The translations under genes and the position numbers were made by a program. A stretch of 64,000 bases of DNA, from contig CANJPX010000008.1 in NCBI GenBank assembly GCA_947476185.1, positions 5,693 through 69,692 on the forward strand. The letters run 5' to 3'. Of the stretch, positions 1 to 10,859 are shown piece by piece. The notes beneath the pieces are model-generated. The model ran no database searches and was not told where the DNA came from. It saw nothing but the letters and a program-made list of their open reading frames with translations. This DNA comes from Bacteroidota bacterium. GTDB lineage: Bacteria > Bacteroidota > Bacteroidia > 2-12-FULL-35-15. Each line of letters opens with the position of its first letter. The first letter of the stretch is position 1.

Positions 1-1
1 T

Positions 2-94
2 CGTCATAATGGAACAGTTTGGGCCGAATCGAAATTAAATGAAGGAACAACGTTTTTCTTTAGTATACCGATCAGTAATAACAAAACTATATAA
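2..94 (+). CDS. 3' end (partial) of a sensor histidine kinase, HATPase_c C-terminus
   Basis: Frame from base 2 reads RHNGTVWAESKLNEGTTFFFSIPISNNKTI*, matching the HxGxVWAES..EG.TF.F end of HATPase_c; too short for the ORF track. Confidence 0.85.
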   Translation, partial: RHNGTVWAESKLNEGTTFFFSIPISNNKTI

Positions 95-104
95 AATAAA
101 AAAT

Positions 105-551
105 ATGGACTATTCAGAAATTGAAATTTTATTTGCAGAGGACAGTATGGATGATGCCACGCTCACCATTCGTGCACTAAGAAAAGGGGGCCTAACAAAC
201 AAGCTCCACCACGTAATAGATGGGGCAGAAGCACTTGATTTCTTATATTGTAAAGGCGCCTATTCAGGTAGAAATATAAATGATCATCTAAAACTCATAA
301 TGTTAGATTTGAAAATGCCTAAAGTTTCTGGCATGGAAGTACTTGAAAAAGTAAAAGGAGACCCCTTTTTCAAATCAGTCCCCGTAGTCATACTTACATC
401 ATCAAAAGAAGATCCAGATATAAAAAAATGCTATGAACTTGGTGCCAATAGCTACATTGTAAAACCAGTTGGAAGCGACAACTTTTTTCAGGCAATAAAA
501 GCACTTAGTTTTTATTGGATGATTTCAAATCAACCGCCGCATCACGTTTAA
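105..551 (+). CDS. Single-domain response regulator, Rcp1/phytochrome-associated CheY-like
   Basis: AED..D, MLDLKMPK, LTSS, ANSYIVKP and FYW tail; start moved to ATG 105 because the longer ORF overlaps the upstream kinase. Confidence 0.85.
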   Translation: MDYSEIEILFAEDSMDDATLTIRALRKGGLTNKLHHVIDGAEALDFLYCKGAYSGRNINDHLKLIMLDLKMPKVSGMEVLEKVKGDPFFKSVPVVILTSSKEDPDIKKCYELGANSYIVKPVGSDNFFQAIKALSFYWMISNQPPHHV

Positions 552-597
552 TTATTTCAACTAAATATTTTTGATAGAAGTTTATTAAAAAAAGATA

Positions 598-1773
598 ATG
601 ATTGCTGAATTGAATATTTTATTATTAGAGGATTCGGAAATTGATGCGGATATTCTTATTATGTTTCTGAAAAGACAGAAAATCACGTTCTCGCATACGC
701 GAGTTTGGACGAAAGAACAATTTATAAATGCATTAGAGCTTTCAAGTTATGATATCATAATTGCAGACCATTCGCTTCCTCAATTTACAGGAATGGATGC
801 GTTCCGGATAATGAACTCAAAAGATAAAACACGAGGCATGCCCTTTATTTTACTCACAGGTACAGTGCCTGAGCATATATTAATACAATATGCAAAAGAA
901 GGGTTGGGTGAATATATTTTGAAAGACAATTTGCTTCGTTTACCATCAGCAATCGACCATTTATTAAGTAAGAAAAAAATAGAACTTTTACATAAAAAAT
1001 TAGAAACAGCCCATCGCGAAATTCAAGATAGCATTGCCTGCGCAAAAAGAATTCAAAATTCAATTCTTCCGGATAAAGGATTATTAAAAGAAATTGCCTC
1101 TGAATCTTTTATTTTATTTAAACCTAAAGATAAGGTAAGCGGCGATTTTTATTTTTTTAGAAAAGATGACAAAGGTTGTTTGATCACAGTCGCAGACTGC
1201 ACAGGACACGGCGTTCCAGGTGCTATGATGAGCATGGTTGGGATAGAAAAACTAAACAATTTATTTTACAAAACAAGGAACCCAAGTGAAATATTAAAAA
1301 AGCTTAATAAAAGTTTAAGAACAGCTTTGTCTGCCGGTGATTCTGAAAGTTCTGAAGGAATGGATATAGCTGTTTGTCAAATTGAAAACGACAGTAAAAT
1401 AGTAAAATTTTCAGGGGCCAATAGACCAATGTGGATTATTCGTAAAGGCCAAACGGAAGTCGAAGAAATTGACGGAACGAAAAGTGCCATAGGATATAAT
1501 TTTTCAAATATCGAAAATCCTGATTATGAATGCCACGAAATAAAATTATATGAAGGGGATACATTTTACCTTTTTTCTGATGGATATTCAGATCAGTTTG
1601 GTGGAGAAAAAAACAAAAAATTAACTACAAAAAAATTTAAACAACAACTGCTTAGTATTCAAGATAAAACAATGGTTGAACAAGGGGAATACTTAAATGA
1701 ATTTATTAATAATTGGATGGGGGCAGAAGAGCAAATTGATGATATTTTAGTAATCGGGATTAGGCAAGAATAA
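598..1773 (+). CDS. Response regulator with SpoIIE/PP2C phosphatase output (RsbU-like)
   Basis: N-terminal REC (LED, ADHSLP); VSGDFY, ADCTGHGVPGA, GMD, FSDG and DDILV PP2C motifs. Confidence 0.9.
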   Translation: MIAELNILLLEDSEIDADILIMFLKRQKITFSHTRVWTKEQFINALELSSYDIIIADHSLPQFTGMDAFRIMNSKDKTRGMPFILLTGTVPEHILIQYAKEGLGEYILKDNLLRLPSAIDHLLSKKKIELLHKKLETAHREIQDSIACAKRIQNSILPDKGLLKEIASESFILFKPKDKVSGDFYFFRKDDKGCLITVADCTGHGVPGAMMSMVGIEKLNNLFYKTRNPSEILKKLNKSLRTALSAGDSESSEGMDIAVCQIENDSKIVKFSGANRPMWIIRKGQTEVEEIDGTKSAIGYNFSNIENPDYECHEIKLYEGDTFYLFSDGYSDQFGGEKNKKLTTKKFKQQLLSIQDKTMVEQGEYLNEFINNWMGAEEQIDDILVIGIRQE

Positions 1774-1812
1774 ATTTACCAGTTTCATGTTAATCAATAA
1801 AAATATTTAATA

Positions 1813-2448
1813 ATGGAAAGCGCATTAAAAATTCTCATTTTAGAAGACAATCCGATTGATGCTGATTTGATAAATCGTGAATTAATAAAATCTGGATTGG
1901 TTTATACTGCAGAGCTCGTGCAAACTCGCGAAGAATTTGAACTTTCTATAGAATTATTTAAGCCGGACCTTATTTTATCAGACTTTTGTCTTCCAGCATT
2001 CGATGGGCTATCGGCATTCAAAATAAAACAAAAAAAGATTCCGGAAATTCCTTTTATGATTATTTCAGGAACTATCGGTGATGAAAACGCTGTCGAACTG
2101 ATTAAAAATGGCGTAACCGATTATGTATTAAAGGATAAATTATTTTCGTTAATGCCTAAAATACATAGAGCTCTAAATGAATTAAGTGAAAAAAGAAGAA
2201 AAGAAGAAATTGAAAATAAAATGAAGCTTCAAAATGAAAAATTATTTGAAATCGCATTTCTTCAATCGCATCAAGTTCGCAGACCTGTGGCAAGTATTCA
2301 AGGATTAATTGGCCTATTCAATTTTACTGCCCCAAATGACCCTATTAATACAGAAGTACTATCAAGGCTCCAAATTGCAGCATTTGAATTTGACGAAATT
2401 ATCAGATCAATAGTGCTCAAAACACACGAGATAAAAAATATAAAATAA
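1813..2448 (+). CDS. Response regulator with C-terminal HisKA-like helical segment, no ATPase domain
   Basis: REC (LEDN, LSDFCLP, DYVLK) followed by H-box-like QSHQVRRPVASIQGL; protein ends about 55 aa later. Confidence 0.8.
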   Translation: MESALKILILEDNPIDADLINRELIKSGLVYTAELVQTREEFELSIELFKPDLILSDFCLPAFDGLSAFKIKQKKIPEIPFMIISGTIGDENAVELIKNGVTDYVLKDKLFSLMPKIHRALNELSEKRRKEEIENKMKLQNEKLFEIAFLQSHQVRRPVASIQGLIGLFNFTAPNDPINTEVLSRLQIAAFEFDEIIRSIVLKTHEIKNIK

Positions 2449-2914
2449 AAATTTTAAAACCAATATTATATTTCTGAAATATTCAATTCCAGCATAAATT
2501 AAGAGCTAGTATTTTTTAAACTATAAGGCATCACAGAAACAGCAAATTAATAGCGTTAAGTGGCAAAATTTTTAATGAATTTCAACCAAACAAAGTAAAA
2601 TTTCAAATGAGTATATTGCCTCACCAGGGGCAATTCTTAATTTAACCCATATTCAAAGACCGATCTTTCTTATAATTACCGGAGCAATCGCTTTTTCAAG
2701 TATAGTATAAAAAACTGCCCATTTTAAGCTATTTATTGATTAATCATATTTCAAATACTTAAAAAAAATCATTAAATTTGTGAAAGTGCTTAAAGGATAA
2801 TTCCTTTAACATGGTTCATTGAATTTGCTTAAAACAAATTTAAATTCAATATAAACATTCCCTTATTGAAAATATTTTGAGCAAATTTTATAAAAATATC
2901 AAATCAAAGAAATT

Positions 2915-3343
2915 ATGGAACCACTAATTAAAAAAAGTTTAAGCTACAAAGCCTGCCAATTAATGGCTGCTGCCGCAATTAGAAAAGCTGAAGAATTAAA
3001 AATGACTATTTCTATAACATTTGTGGACGAAAGTGGTGTGCTTAAAGCATTTTACAGAATGGACCATTCTCCTTTAGTAACAATTGATGCATCCAGAAAA
3101 AAGGCAATTACTGCTGTCGGGTATGGTATTCCAAGTGGCGACAGTTGGTATTCCTTCATTAAGGACGACCCTATTTTATTTCATGGTGTTCAACAATTCA
3201 AGGATTTTATTCTTCTGGGTGGTGGGTCCCCGATAATTCATGATGGAAGTGTGATAGGAGCAATCGGAATAAGTGGAGGGCATTACAAACAAGATGAAGA
3301 ATGCGTTAAAGAAGCACTTAACGAATATAATTCAAATAGCTAA
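2915..3343 (+). CDS. GlcG/HbpS family heme-binding protein
   Basis: ISITFVDESG..KAFYRMD, KKAITA, GGGSPI...GAIGISGG..QDEEC motifs; no signal peptide. Confidence 0.9.
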   Translation: MEPLIKKSLSYKACQLMAAAAIRKAEELKMTISITFVDESGVLKAFYRMDHSPLVTIDASRKKAITAVGYGIPSGDSWYSFIKDDPILFHGVQQFKDFILLGGGSPIIHDGSVIGAIGISGGHYKQDEECVKEALNEYNSNS

Positions 3344-3346
3344 TTA

Positions 3347-6300
3347 ATGAAAACTTCACATCTTCAGGTAATAAAAAATCTGGATAAGTTTGCTTCCTCT
3401 TTTCCAAAGATCAATACTCTTGAAGGATTGGTCTTGGCCGTTGAAAAAGTGCTTGAAGAAAACATAGTGTGTGACCATACAGGCCTTTTTCTTTTCGACC
3501 CTGTGGATAATAGGTTAAAGCTACTTTATGCAAAAGGTTTTACAGAAGAAGAATTTAACGATGCGGATCAAACTGCGATGAAACGCCACCCTGGTTTAGT
3601 ATATAAGACAGGGAAAATGATACATATTCCTGATGTACTTTTAGATCCAGATAATCTCACTTTATCAAGTAAGCGTTCGTTTGAAATACGCTGCCGATTA
3701 TATATACCGGTAAAGAATGGAGCAGAAATTGTGGGTGCTTTTGGAATCACAGATGCATCCCCTAATGCTTATACTGAAGATGATATCACTTTACTTTCCT
3801 TCATATGTAATATGGCCGGTTCCATATATGCGAATATATTAAATCAAAACTTATTACAATCGGCAAATGAAGAAATATTAAATCTTTCCAGAATTTCAGA
3901 GGAAAGTCCTGAGCCGATTATGCGAATCAGTAATTATAAAATTTTACTATACGCAAACAATGCCAGTGGTAAAATACTTAAATCAGCAGGTTTTAAAGTT
4001 GGGGACAATGTATGTACCGATTTTCTAGTCGCAGTAGAAGATGTTTTAAAATCAGGAATTTCAATTCAGAGAGAAATCGCTTATGAAGAGTATGTCTATT
4101 CTTTTCTTTTTACACCTATTGATAGTGCTAAATACATTAATGTGTATGGCCGAAATATTACTGAAAGAAAGAGTTCGGAAAATGCCTTGCGTAAAAGCGA
4201 AGAACATAATGTCGCAATTTTAAATGCCATTCCGGATCTTATATTCATAATTGATAAAGACGGTGTCTTTATTGATTATCATGTTTCAGACCCTTCAATT
4301 CTGTATGTTTCACCAGAAGAGTTTATGGGAAAAAAAATAGAAAATATTTTACCTCCTGAAATAGCAAGTGGATTCATATCAAGTATTGAGCAAGCGATTT
4401 CTTCTAGGCAATCACAGCTATTCGAATACTCCTTAGAAATTGGAAACGAATTACATTATTTTGAATCAAGGACAATTCACTATGAGCAGGAGAAAGTTTT
4501 AACAATCATTAGAGATATTACTAAAAAAAAGCAAATAGAAGGAGAGCTGGAAGAAAATAAAGAAAAATACAAAGGATTATCTGAAGCATCATTCGAATCA
4601 ATTTTTATTTCTGAAAAAGGAATTTGTATCGAACAAAATAGTGCAGCTGAAGAAATGTTTGGTTATACTACAGAAGAAGCATTAGGTAGATATGGAACAG
4701 ATTGGATCACTCCTGAATACAGAGGTGTGGTTATGAAGGCGATGATAGACGGTATTGAAGCACCATACGAAGCAGTTGCTTTAAGAAAAGATGGCACAAC
4801 ATTCCCTTGTCTCCTACGCGGGAAAATGATGCATTATAAAGGGAGAACTGTAAGGGTTACTTCGCTAACAAATAATACAGCAAGAAAACAAGCTGAGGAA
4901 GATTTAAAACAAATATCTACTCGTTTATCATTGGCTACAAAAGCGGGTAAAGTTGGAGTGTGGGACTCTGACCTAATTAATAATAATCTTTTCTGGGACG
5001 AGCAAATGTTTATCTTATATGGAATTGAAAAAAATAGTTTTGAAGGTATTTATGAGTCGTGGTCAAAGCGTCTTCATCCCGATGATTTAGAAAGAGGGAA
5101 CACTGAAATTCAAATGGCTTTGCGGGGCGAAAAAGATTTTGATACGGAGTTTCAGATTGTTTTGCCTGACAGTTCTATTAAAAATATTAGAGCACAAGCA
5201 ATTGTTCAACGAGATGATGCAGGAAAAGCATTTCGCATGATTGGCACCAACTGGGATATTACTTTGCAGAAGCAAACAGAAAAAACGATGCTTCATTATT
5301 CTAAAATGCAAAATATAATGATGGATATGGCATCCCGATTTATCAATATTCCTAAAGACCAGATCAATGAGACTATCCAGATCTCCCTTCGAGTGATCGC
5401 TCAATTTGTTGATGCAAATGTTAGTGCTGTTTTTCTTTATGACCAAAATAAAACTAAATTTTTAAATGAATATGAATGGACCAGTAACCATATTATTCCT
5501 CAAATCAGTAACCTCCAAAATGTAAAAGATAAATCCATTGAGAATTTATTAACCTCTCATATGAAAGGCTATATTACCTATGAAGGAGACATTGTATCCT
5601 TTTCTGATGGTTCATTTAAAAGCGCTCTAGAACAGCAAGGAATAAAAACTATTCTTACAATTCCGATGATGTCGGACGATAATTGTATTGGCTTTGTTAG
5701 TTTTGGTTCTGTCAAAAGCAATTTCATTTTTTCAACGGAATCAATTGCTTTACTTCATTTATTTACCCTCATGCTGGTAAATGTAAAAAACAAAGATACT
5801 GCCGAAAACAATCTAATTCAATCAAACAATTCTCTGGAAGCGGCTACAAAAAAGGCAAAAGAAATGGCAATACAAGCCGAAATAGCGAATACGGCAAAAA
5901 GTTCCTTTCTTGCAAATGTGTCACATGAAATACGAACTCCCATGAATGCAATAATTGGGATGTCCGATATATTGAATGAAGAAAACCTCACCATTGACCA
6001 AAAGGAATGTGTTGATGCCATTACGTTATCAGCAAATAATTTACTATCTATTATAAATGACATTCTTGATTTTTCGAAAATTGAATCCGGTAAAATTATT
6101 TTTGAAAATGAACCTTTCAAACTAAAAGAATTAATTGAAGATGTTATTCACACTTTTTATTATGCAGCCAGCAATAAGAATCTTGAATTAACCTATTCAA
6201 TCGCAGATAAAACTCCGGAAATACTTTTTGGTGACACAATTCGATTAAGACAAATACTCTTAAATTTGGTTGGAAATTCAATAAAATTTACAGAAAAAGG

Positions 6301-7441
6301 CAGTATCAAAATTGATATTCAAATAGAAAGCCAGATAGACAATTCGTATATTGTCCTTTTCAGAGTTACTGATACAGGAGTGGGAATATCTGAGGAAAAA
6401 TCAAGAACAATTTTTGATAGATTTAGTCAGGCAAGCAACGAAACCACCCGTAAATATGGTGGAACAGGACTTGGATTAACAATAGCAAAACAATTAGTAG
6501 AATTACAAGGAGGAAGAATTTTTGTTGATAGTGTAGTAGATAAAGGAAGTTCTTTTTCTTTCATTCTTGCATTTAACAATGGAGAATCTAGAAATACGAA
6601 AGCGAAAGCAAAATCAGATTCAGGAACTATTTCATCTTCCGAATTGAAGGGCTTAAGAATTCTTTTGGCTGAAGACAATGCCATGAATCAGCTATTAGCA
6701 AAAAAGATCCTCAACAAATGGAGTATAGAACTTGACATTGCCGACAATGGTGAAATTGCGATTCAGAAAATTTTGCAAGCGGATTATGACATTATTCTTA
6801 TGGACATTCAAATGCCTATAATGGATGGCTATGAAACGACAAGGCATATCCGTACTAAAATTCCATCCCCTAAATCGCAAACTCCTATTATTGCCATGAC
6901 AGCTCATGCGGTTGTTGGTGAAGCAGAAAAATGTATAGCAATAGGAATGAATGATTATATTTCAAAACCTTTTAAGCAAATAGCGTTATTTGAAAAAATT
7001 AAGCAGCATGCTTTAAAAATAGCCGATTCAAATTCACAACAAATTAATTCCTCTTCATCTATTTCTGGGACCTATACTGCAAGCAACCAATACAAATGCA
7101 TTGACTTAACATATTTAAATGATCTATCCGACGGCAAAATAGAGTTCATAATTCCTTTGATCAACGCTTTTCTAACAGAGGCACCAAAAATGCTTGAAAA
7201 AATGAACTTATATGTACAGGAGAAAAAATGGCTAGAACTCCAAAATGTTGCCCATAAAATGAAACCATCTATAGCCATTATTGGAATAAAAAGTATTAAA
7301 GTTACCTTAGAATTAGTAGAAGAGTATTCAAAAGAGAAAATAAATTTTGAATTGCTTCCAGCTATGATCGAAAATATTACACTAATTTGCTCCGCTGCAA
7401 TACTAGAGCTACAAGAAGAAATTAAAAAAATTGAAAAATAA
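3347..7441 (+). CDS. Cytoplasmic hybrid histidine kinase (GAF, multiple PAS, GAF, HisKA, HATPase, REC, HPt)
   Basis: SHEIRTPMNAI H-box, NLVGNSIKFT, DTGVGI, GGTGLGL, MDIQMP receiver, AHKMKPS HPt; PAS/PAC ends (GRNITERK, RDITKKK, NWDIT); no obvious TM segment. Confidence 0.92.
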   Translation: MKTSHLQVIKNLDKFASSFPKINTLEGLVLAVEKVLEENIVCDHTGLFLFDPVDNRLKLLYAKGFTEEEFNDADQTAMKRHPGLVYKTGKMIHIPDVLLDPDNLTLSSKRSFEIRCRLYIPVKNGAEIVGAFGITDASPNAYTEDDITLLSFICNMAGSIYANILNQNLLQSANEEILNLSRISEESPEPIMRISNYKILLYANNASGKILKSAGFKVGDNVCTDFLVAVEDVLKSGISIQREIAYEEYVYSFLFTPIDSAKYINVYGRNITERKSSENALRKSEEHNVAILNAIPDLIFIIDKDGVFIDYHVSDPSILYVSPEEFMGKKIENILPPEIASGFISSIEQAISSRQSQLFEYSLEIGNELHYFESRTIHYEQEKVLTIIRDITKKKQIEGELEENKEKYKGLSEASFESIFISEKGICIEQNSAAEEMFGYTTEEALGRYGTDWITPEYRGVVMKAMIDGIEAPYEAVALRKDGTTFPCLLRGKMMHYKGRTVRVTSLTNNTARKQAEEDLKQISTRLSLATKAGKVGVWDSDLINNNLFWDEQMFILYGIEKNSFEGIYESWSKRLHPDDLERGNTEIQMALRGEKDFDTEFQIVLPDSSIKNIRAQAIVQRDDAGKAFRMIGTNWDITLQKQTEKTMLHYSKMQNIMMDMASRFINIPKDQINETIQISLRVIAQFVDANVSAVFLYDQNKTKFLNEYEWTSNHIIPQISNLQNVKDKSIENLLTSHMKGYITYEGDIVSFSDGSFKSALEQQGIKTILTIPMMSDDNCIGFVSFGSVKSNFIFSTESIALLHLFTLMLVNVKNKDTAENNLIQSNNSLEAATKKAKEMAIQAEIANTAKSSFLANVSHEIRTPMNAIIGMSDILNEENLTIDQKECVDAITLSANNLLSIINDILDFSKIESGKIIFENEPFKLKELIEDVIHTFYYAASNKNLELTYSIADKTPEILFGDTIRLRQILLNLVGNSIKFTEKGSIKIDIQIESQIDNSYIVLFRVTDTGVGISEEKSRTIFDRFSQASNETTRKYGGTGLGLTIAKQLVELQGGRIFVDSVVDKGSSFSFILAFNNGESRNTKAKAKSDSGTISSSELKGLRILLAEDNAMNQLLAKKILNKWSIELDIADNGEIAIQKILQADYDIILMDIQMPIMDGYETTRHIRTKIPSPKSQTPIIAMTAHAVVGEAEKCIAIGMNDYISKPFKQIALFEKIKQHALKIADSNSQQINSSSSISGTYTASNQYKCIDLTYLNDLSDGKIEFIIPLINAFLTEAPKMLEKMNLYVQEKKWLELQNVAHKMKPSIAIIGIKSIKVTLELVEEYSKEKINFELLPAMIENITLICSAAILELQEEIKKIEK

Positions 7442-7639
7442 TATTTTTTAAAAACTTATTTATTGAATTACCTCCTAAATTCAATAAATTAAAAACAGTA
7501 GTAACGTTTTTCCTTGAATATTTATTTTTATTGAACTACGAGATAACGACTTGTATGAATGTTATCTATCAATTTATTTTTGAGAATTTAAAATAAATGG
7601 AGTATTCCCTATCTAGTCTAACTGAGTTTGACAACTCAT

Positions 7640-8989
7640 TTATTCTTGGTTCTTTTGTAGCATGTTATATATAGTAGATTTACCCATTTTTAGTTTTTGA
7701 GCAACAAGTACTACATTATTATTATATTTTTTAAGGTAAGACTTAATTATTTCTTTCTGAAATTCTTCAAGAGTCATTTCGTGCTTAAGAATTTTCTCAT
7801 CTGTATCAACTGGACCAAAAGATATTACATCTTCCGTTATTACATTTTTGTCAGCCATAACAGCAGACAACTCAACAACAGCCTTCAGTTCGCGAACATT
7901 TCCCGGCCACGAATATTTCATTAATTTTTCTTTAGCTGCCTTAGTCATTTCCATTGGCAACATTTTATTTTCAAAAGTAAAATTAGTAAGAAAATAATTT
8001 GCTAATAATAAAATATCTTGCCCACGAGAATGCAAGCTTGGAAGGGCGATAGGAAAGCCATACAAACGATAATACAAATCTTCCCTAAAGTTTCCCAATT
8101 TAACTTCATTAACCAAATTTTTATGCGTTGCTACAATCAGTCTAAAATTTAATTTTATTACCTGATTTCCACCAACCCTCGTAATCTCCCTCTCTTGAAT
8201 AGCGCGCAATAATTTAGCCTGCAAATTAATCTTCATTTCACTGATTTCATCAAGGAAAAGAGTCCCTTCGTTAGCTTCTTCTAATTTCCCAATTTTTCGG
8301 TTTTGAGCACCTGTAAAAGAACCTTTTTCATAACCAAACAATTCGCTTTCAATTAATTCTGAAGGAATTGCAGCTACATTAATTGCAATAAAAAGTCTAT
8401 TTGAATAAGCTGAATTAAAATGAATCGCTTTTGCAACTAATTCCTTTCCGGTACCAGTTTCACCGGTAATACTAACACTTATATTTGTTTTCGATGCTTT
8501 TTCGATGAGACGATGAATATGAGTCATTTCTTCACTGTTTCCTTTCAAAATAGTATCTATTTTGTATTTGGATTTAATTTCATTTTTCAAGCCCTCAATT
8601 TCGCTTTTTAGCTTTCGAGTTTCGTTTATTTTATTTACACAATTCCAGAGCTTTTCGTTTGTGTCTTCATCTTTGACGAAATAATCATACGCCCCTTCCT
8701 TCAATAATGTTAACGCTATTTTTACATCTTCTTGCCCAGAAATTATTATAACATTTATTGAGGAATCAATTTCAATAATTTTTTTAAGAAGTTCTTGGCC
8801 AGTATGATCCGGTAGATTATAGTCAACAGTTACAATATGAGGTTTAATTTTAGTGATTGCAAGAAGACACGATTTTGCATCAGTAAACTTATGCACTTCA
8901 TTATCAGCATTTAGTGACAAATAATGCCCAAGTAATCCACAATAAAACAAATCATCTTCAACAATAAAAATTTTACATATTTCACTCAT
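7640..8989 (-). CDS. Sigma54-dependent response regulator (NtrC/AtoC family, REC-AAA+-HTH)
   Basis: GETGTGKE Walker A, ESELFG, GSFTGA, FLDEI, FREDLYYRL, WPGNVREL, C-terminal Fis-type HTH. Confidence 0.93.
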   Translation of the reverse strand: MSEICKIFIVEDDLFYCGLLGHYLSLNADNEVHKFTDAKSCLLAITKIKPHIVTVDYNLPDHTGQELLKKIIEIDSSINVIIISGQEDVKIALTLLKEGAYDYFVKDEDTNEKLWNCVNKINETRKLKSEIEGLKNEIKSKYKIDTILKGNSEEMTHIHRLIEKASKTNISVSITGETGTGKELVAKAIHFNSAYSNRLFIAINVAAIPSELIESELFGYEKGSFTGAQNRKIGKLEEANEGTLFLDEISEMKINLQAKLLRAIQEREITRVGGNQVIKLNFRLIVATHKNLVNEVKLGNFREDLYYRLYGFPIALPSLHSRGQDILLLANYFLTNFTFENKMLPMEMTKAAKEKLMKYSWPGNVRELKAVVELSAVMADKNVITEDVISFGPVDTDEKILKHEMTLEEFQKEIIKSYLKKYNNNVVLVAQKLKMGKSTIYNMLQKNQE

Positions 8990-9479
8990 GAATTAAAAAT
9001 AGTCAATTTTTTAGCAATTATCCATTTTACCAAAAAAAAACCCATTTACAGAAATAAGAAAACTACAGCCTATTCACAAGCATCTGCTTTTCAAGATGTT
9101 AAGCTTTTTAGTCCAATAAGTACAAAGGGAAATAATTGCATTAAAAAGTTTTGAATAAACTTCAAGTATCCGCCTTTTATAAAACCTATAATAAAATTGG
9201 CTTACATTTTCTATTTAATAGCACCTGTATTTAAAAAAAACACGTTTCTCTACAAAATAAAAAGTATTGAAAATTTTCGAATTACTATGCATTCATTATC
9301 CTATTGCAAGTAAAAATTACAACCAGTAAATTTTCAAAAAGTCTAATTATCACAAAGTTAGAAAGTAATAATATTTCCAATTTAAAATCCGTTTCGTAAA
9401 ATAATAATGAGAGACTTTTGCTGAATATAAAATACACAAACAATTATTTACAGGATCTATTCATCCATAAATATTGTGT

Positions 9480-10610
9480 TTAAAAAAGCCCCACAATCTC
9501 GTTTGACAAAATATTATTTTTAAAATTTTTAAAGTTGGGTATAGTAATAGTAAATTCTGTCACAAGCCCAAATTCAGAAGTTACACATACTTCCCCATTC
9601 ATTAATTCTATTGATTTTTTCACTAAGTTCAATCCTATCCCAAAACCCTCAATGGAACTTATATTAACTTGGAAATTCAAATCAAATATTTTTGAAAGCA
9701 TATCCTTGTTTATTCCTATTCCATTGTCCTTTATTATTAATACAGCCTCATTTGCATTTGCAGTAATAGAAATTTCCACATAAGGTCGCTCCTTTTTATA
9801 ATCGCAATATTTAAAACTATTACTTAGGAGATTAGAAATGACAGAAAGTATTTCAGATTTGTAGGTATAGAAAGGGGCTGTTTGATTGACCAATCTTACA
9901 ATTTCTATTTTATGCAACCGTTCAGAGTACCTTATTGAGTCCAAAAAGTCGCAAACAAGCGAATCAAAATTTACAGATTCTATTTTATTTTTTGAAATAG
10001 TTGAATTCAATGTAACCTTAATAATGTTTTTCAAATTGAAAATACTTTTTGAAATAAGAGAAATATAAGGGTTTTCACTCTTAGAATTTAAATTTTCTGC
10101 TTTAGAAAGATTAATTAATCCTTCTATTGAACTTAATGGAGCCTGTATATCATGAACAATTCTATAAAAAGAATCGTGAAGCCTCAAGCCAATTTCCTTT
10201 AATTGTTTATTCTTAATATTAATCTCGAGCTCAATGAGTTTTAGTTTAGTAATATTTATATGCGATATTACAACAAGTTCAGGCAAACCAATCAATGGAG
10301 TGCATCGCATCAGAAACCAACGTTGTTCATCAACAGAATGACAAGGGTATACCATCTCAAAAATTGGAATCTCCATCCTAATTACTTTATTAATTCCCCT
10401 AACAGCTAAAATTGCATCTTCCATTTCTTCCCCGGTAACTTTTGTACATACCTCAAGATAATTAGAAAACTCAAAGTTAACGCCCAAAGAGTCCAGGCTT
10501 TTAGCTTCAAATTTTTTCCAAGCAATATTTGTAAAAAGTATTAATCCACTTGAATTAAGTATCACAATGGAATCAACAATAGAGTCTAAAATTCTGAAAT
10601 CGTCCTTCAT
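9480..10610 (-). CDS. PAS-domain sensor histidine kinase
   Basis: N-terminal PAS (YPCHS...RWF), HDIQAPL H-box, NLLSNSFKY, DNGIGI, GFGIGL. Confidence 0.88.
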   Translation of the reverse strand: MKDDFRILDSIVDSIVILNSSGLILFTNIAWKKFEAKSLDSLGVNFEFSNYLEVCTKVTGEEMEDAILAVRGINKVIRMEIPIFEMVYPCHSVDEQRWFLMRCTPLIGLPELVVISHINITKLKLIELEINIKNKQLKEIGLRLHDSFYRIVHDIQAPLSSIEGLINLSKAENLNSKSENPYISLISKSIFNLKNIIKVTLNSTISKNKIESVNFDSLVCDFLDSIRYSERLHKIEIVRLVNQTAPFYTYKSEILSVISNLLSNSFKYCDYKKERPYVEISITANANEAVLIIKDNGIGINKDMLSKIFDLNFQVNISSIEGFGIGLNLVKKSIELMNGEVCVTSEFGLVTEFTITIPNFKNFKNNILSNEIVGLF

Positions 10611-10859
10611 TTATTGAATGCTGTCTTAATAGATATTATAAAAACACCAAGTTTGGATATCGCTTATTGGTAGATTTTAGGAGATGTATAAAACTAAATC
10701 TAGGATTTAAAAGAAGTCGCAAATTTATTAGAACTAAATTTCAATATTAAAATTAAGAGATATCTTTAAAATTAAAATTTCATAAACCTATAAACCAATC
10801 AAAATTTAATTAGCGCATTAACTACGAAAACAAAAAAATAAATAATAATTATGCATATA

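Noticed and set aside
2449..2914. Riboswitch or ncRNA upstream of the heme-binding protein
   Set aside because: Only short, mostly AT-rich hairpins (about 2615-2634 and 2790-2850); no recognisable aptamer consensus
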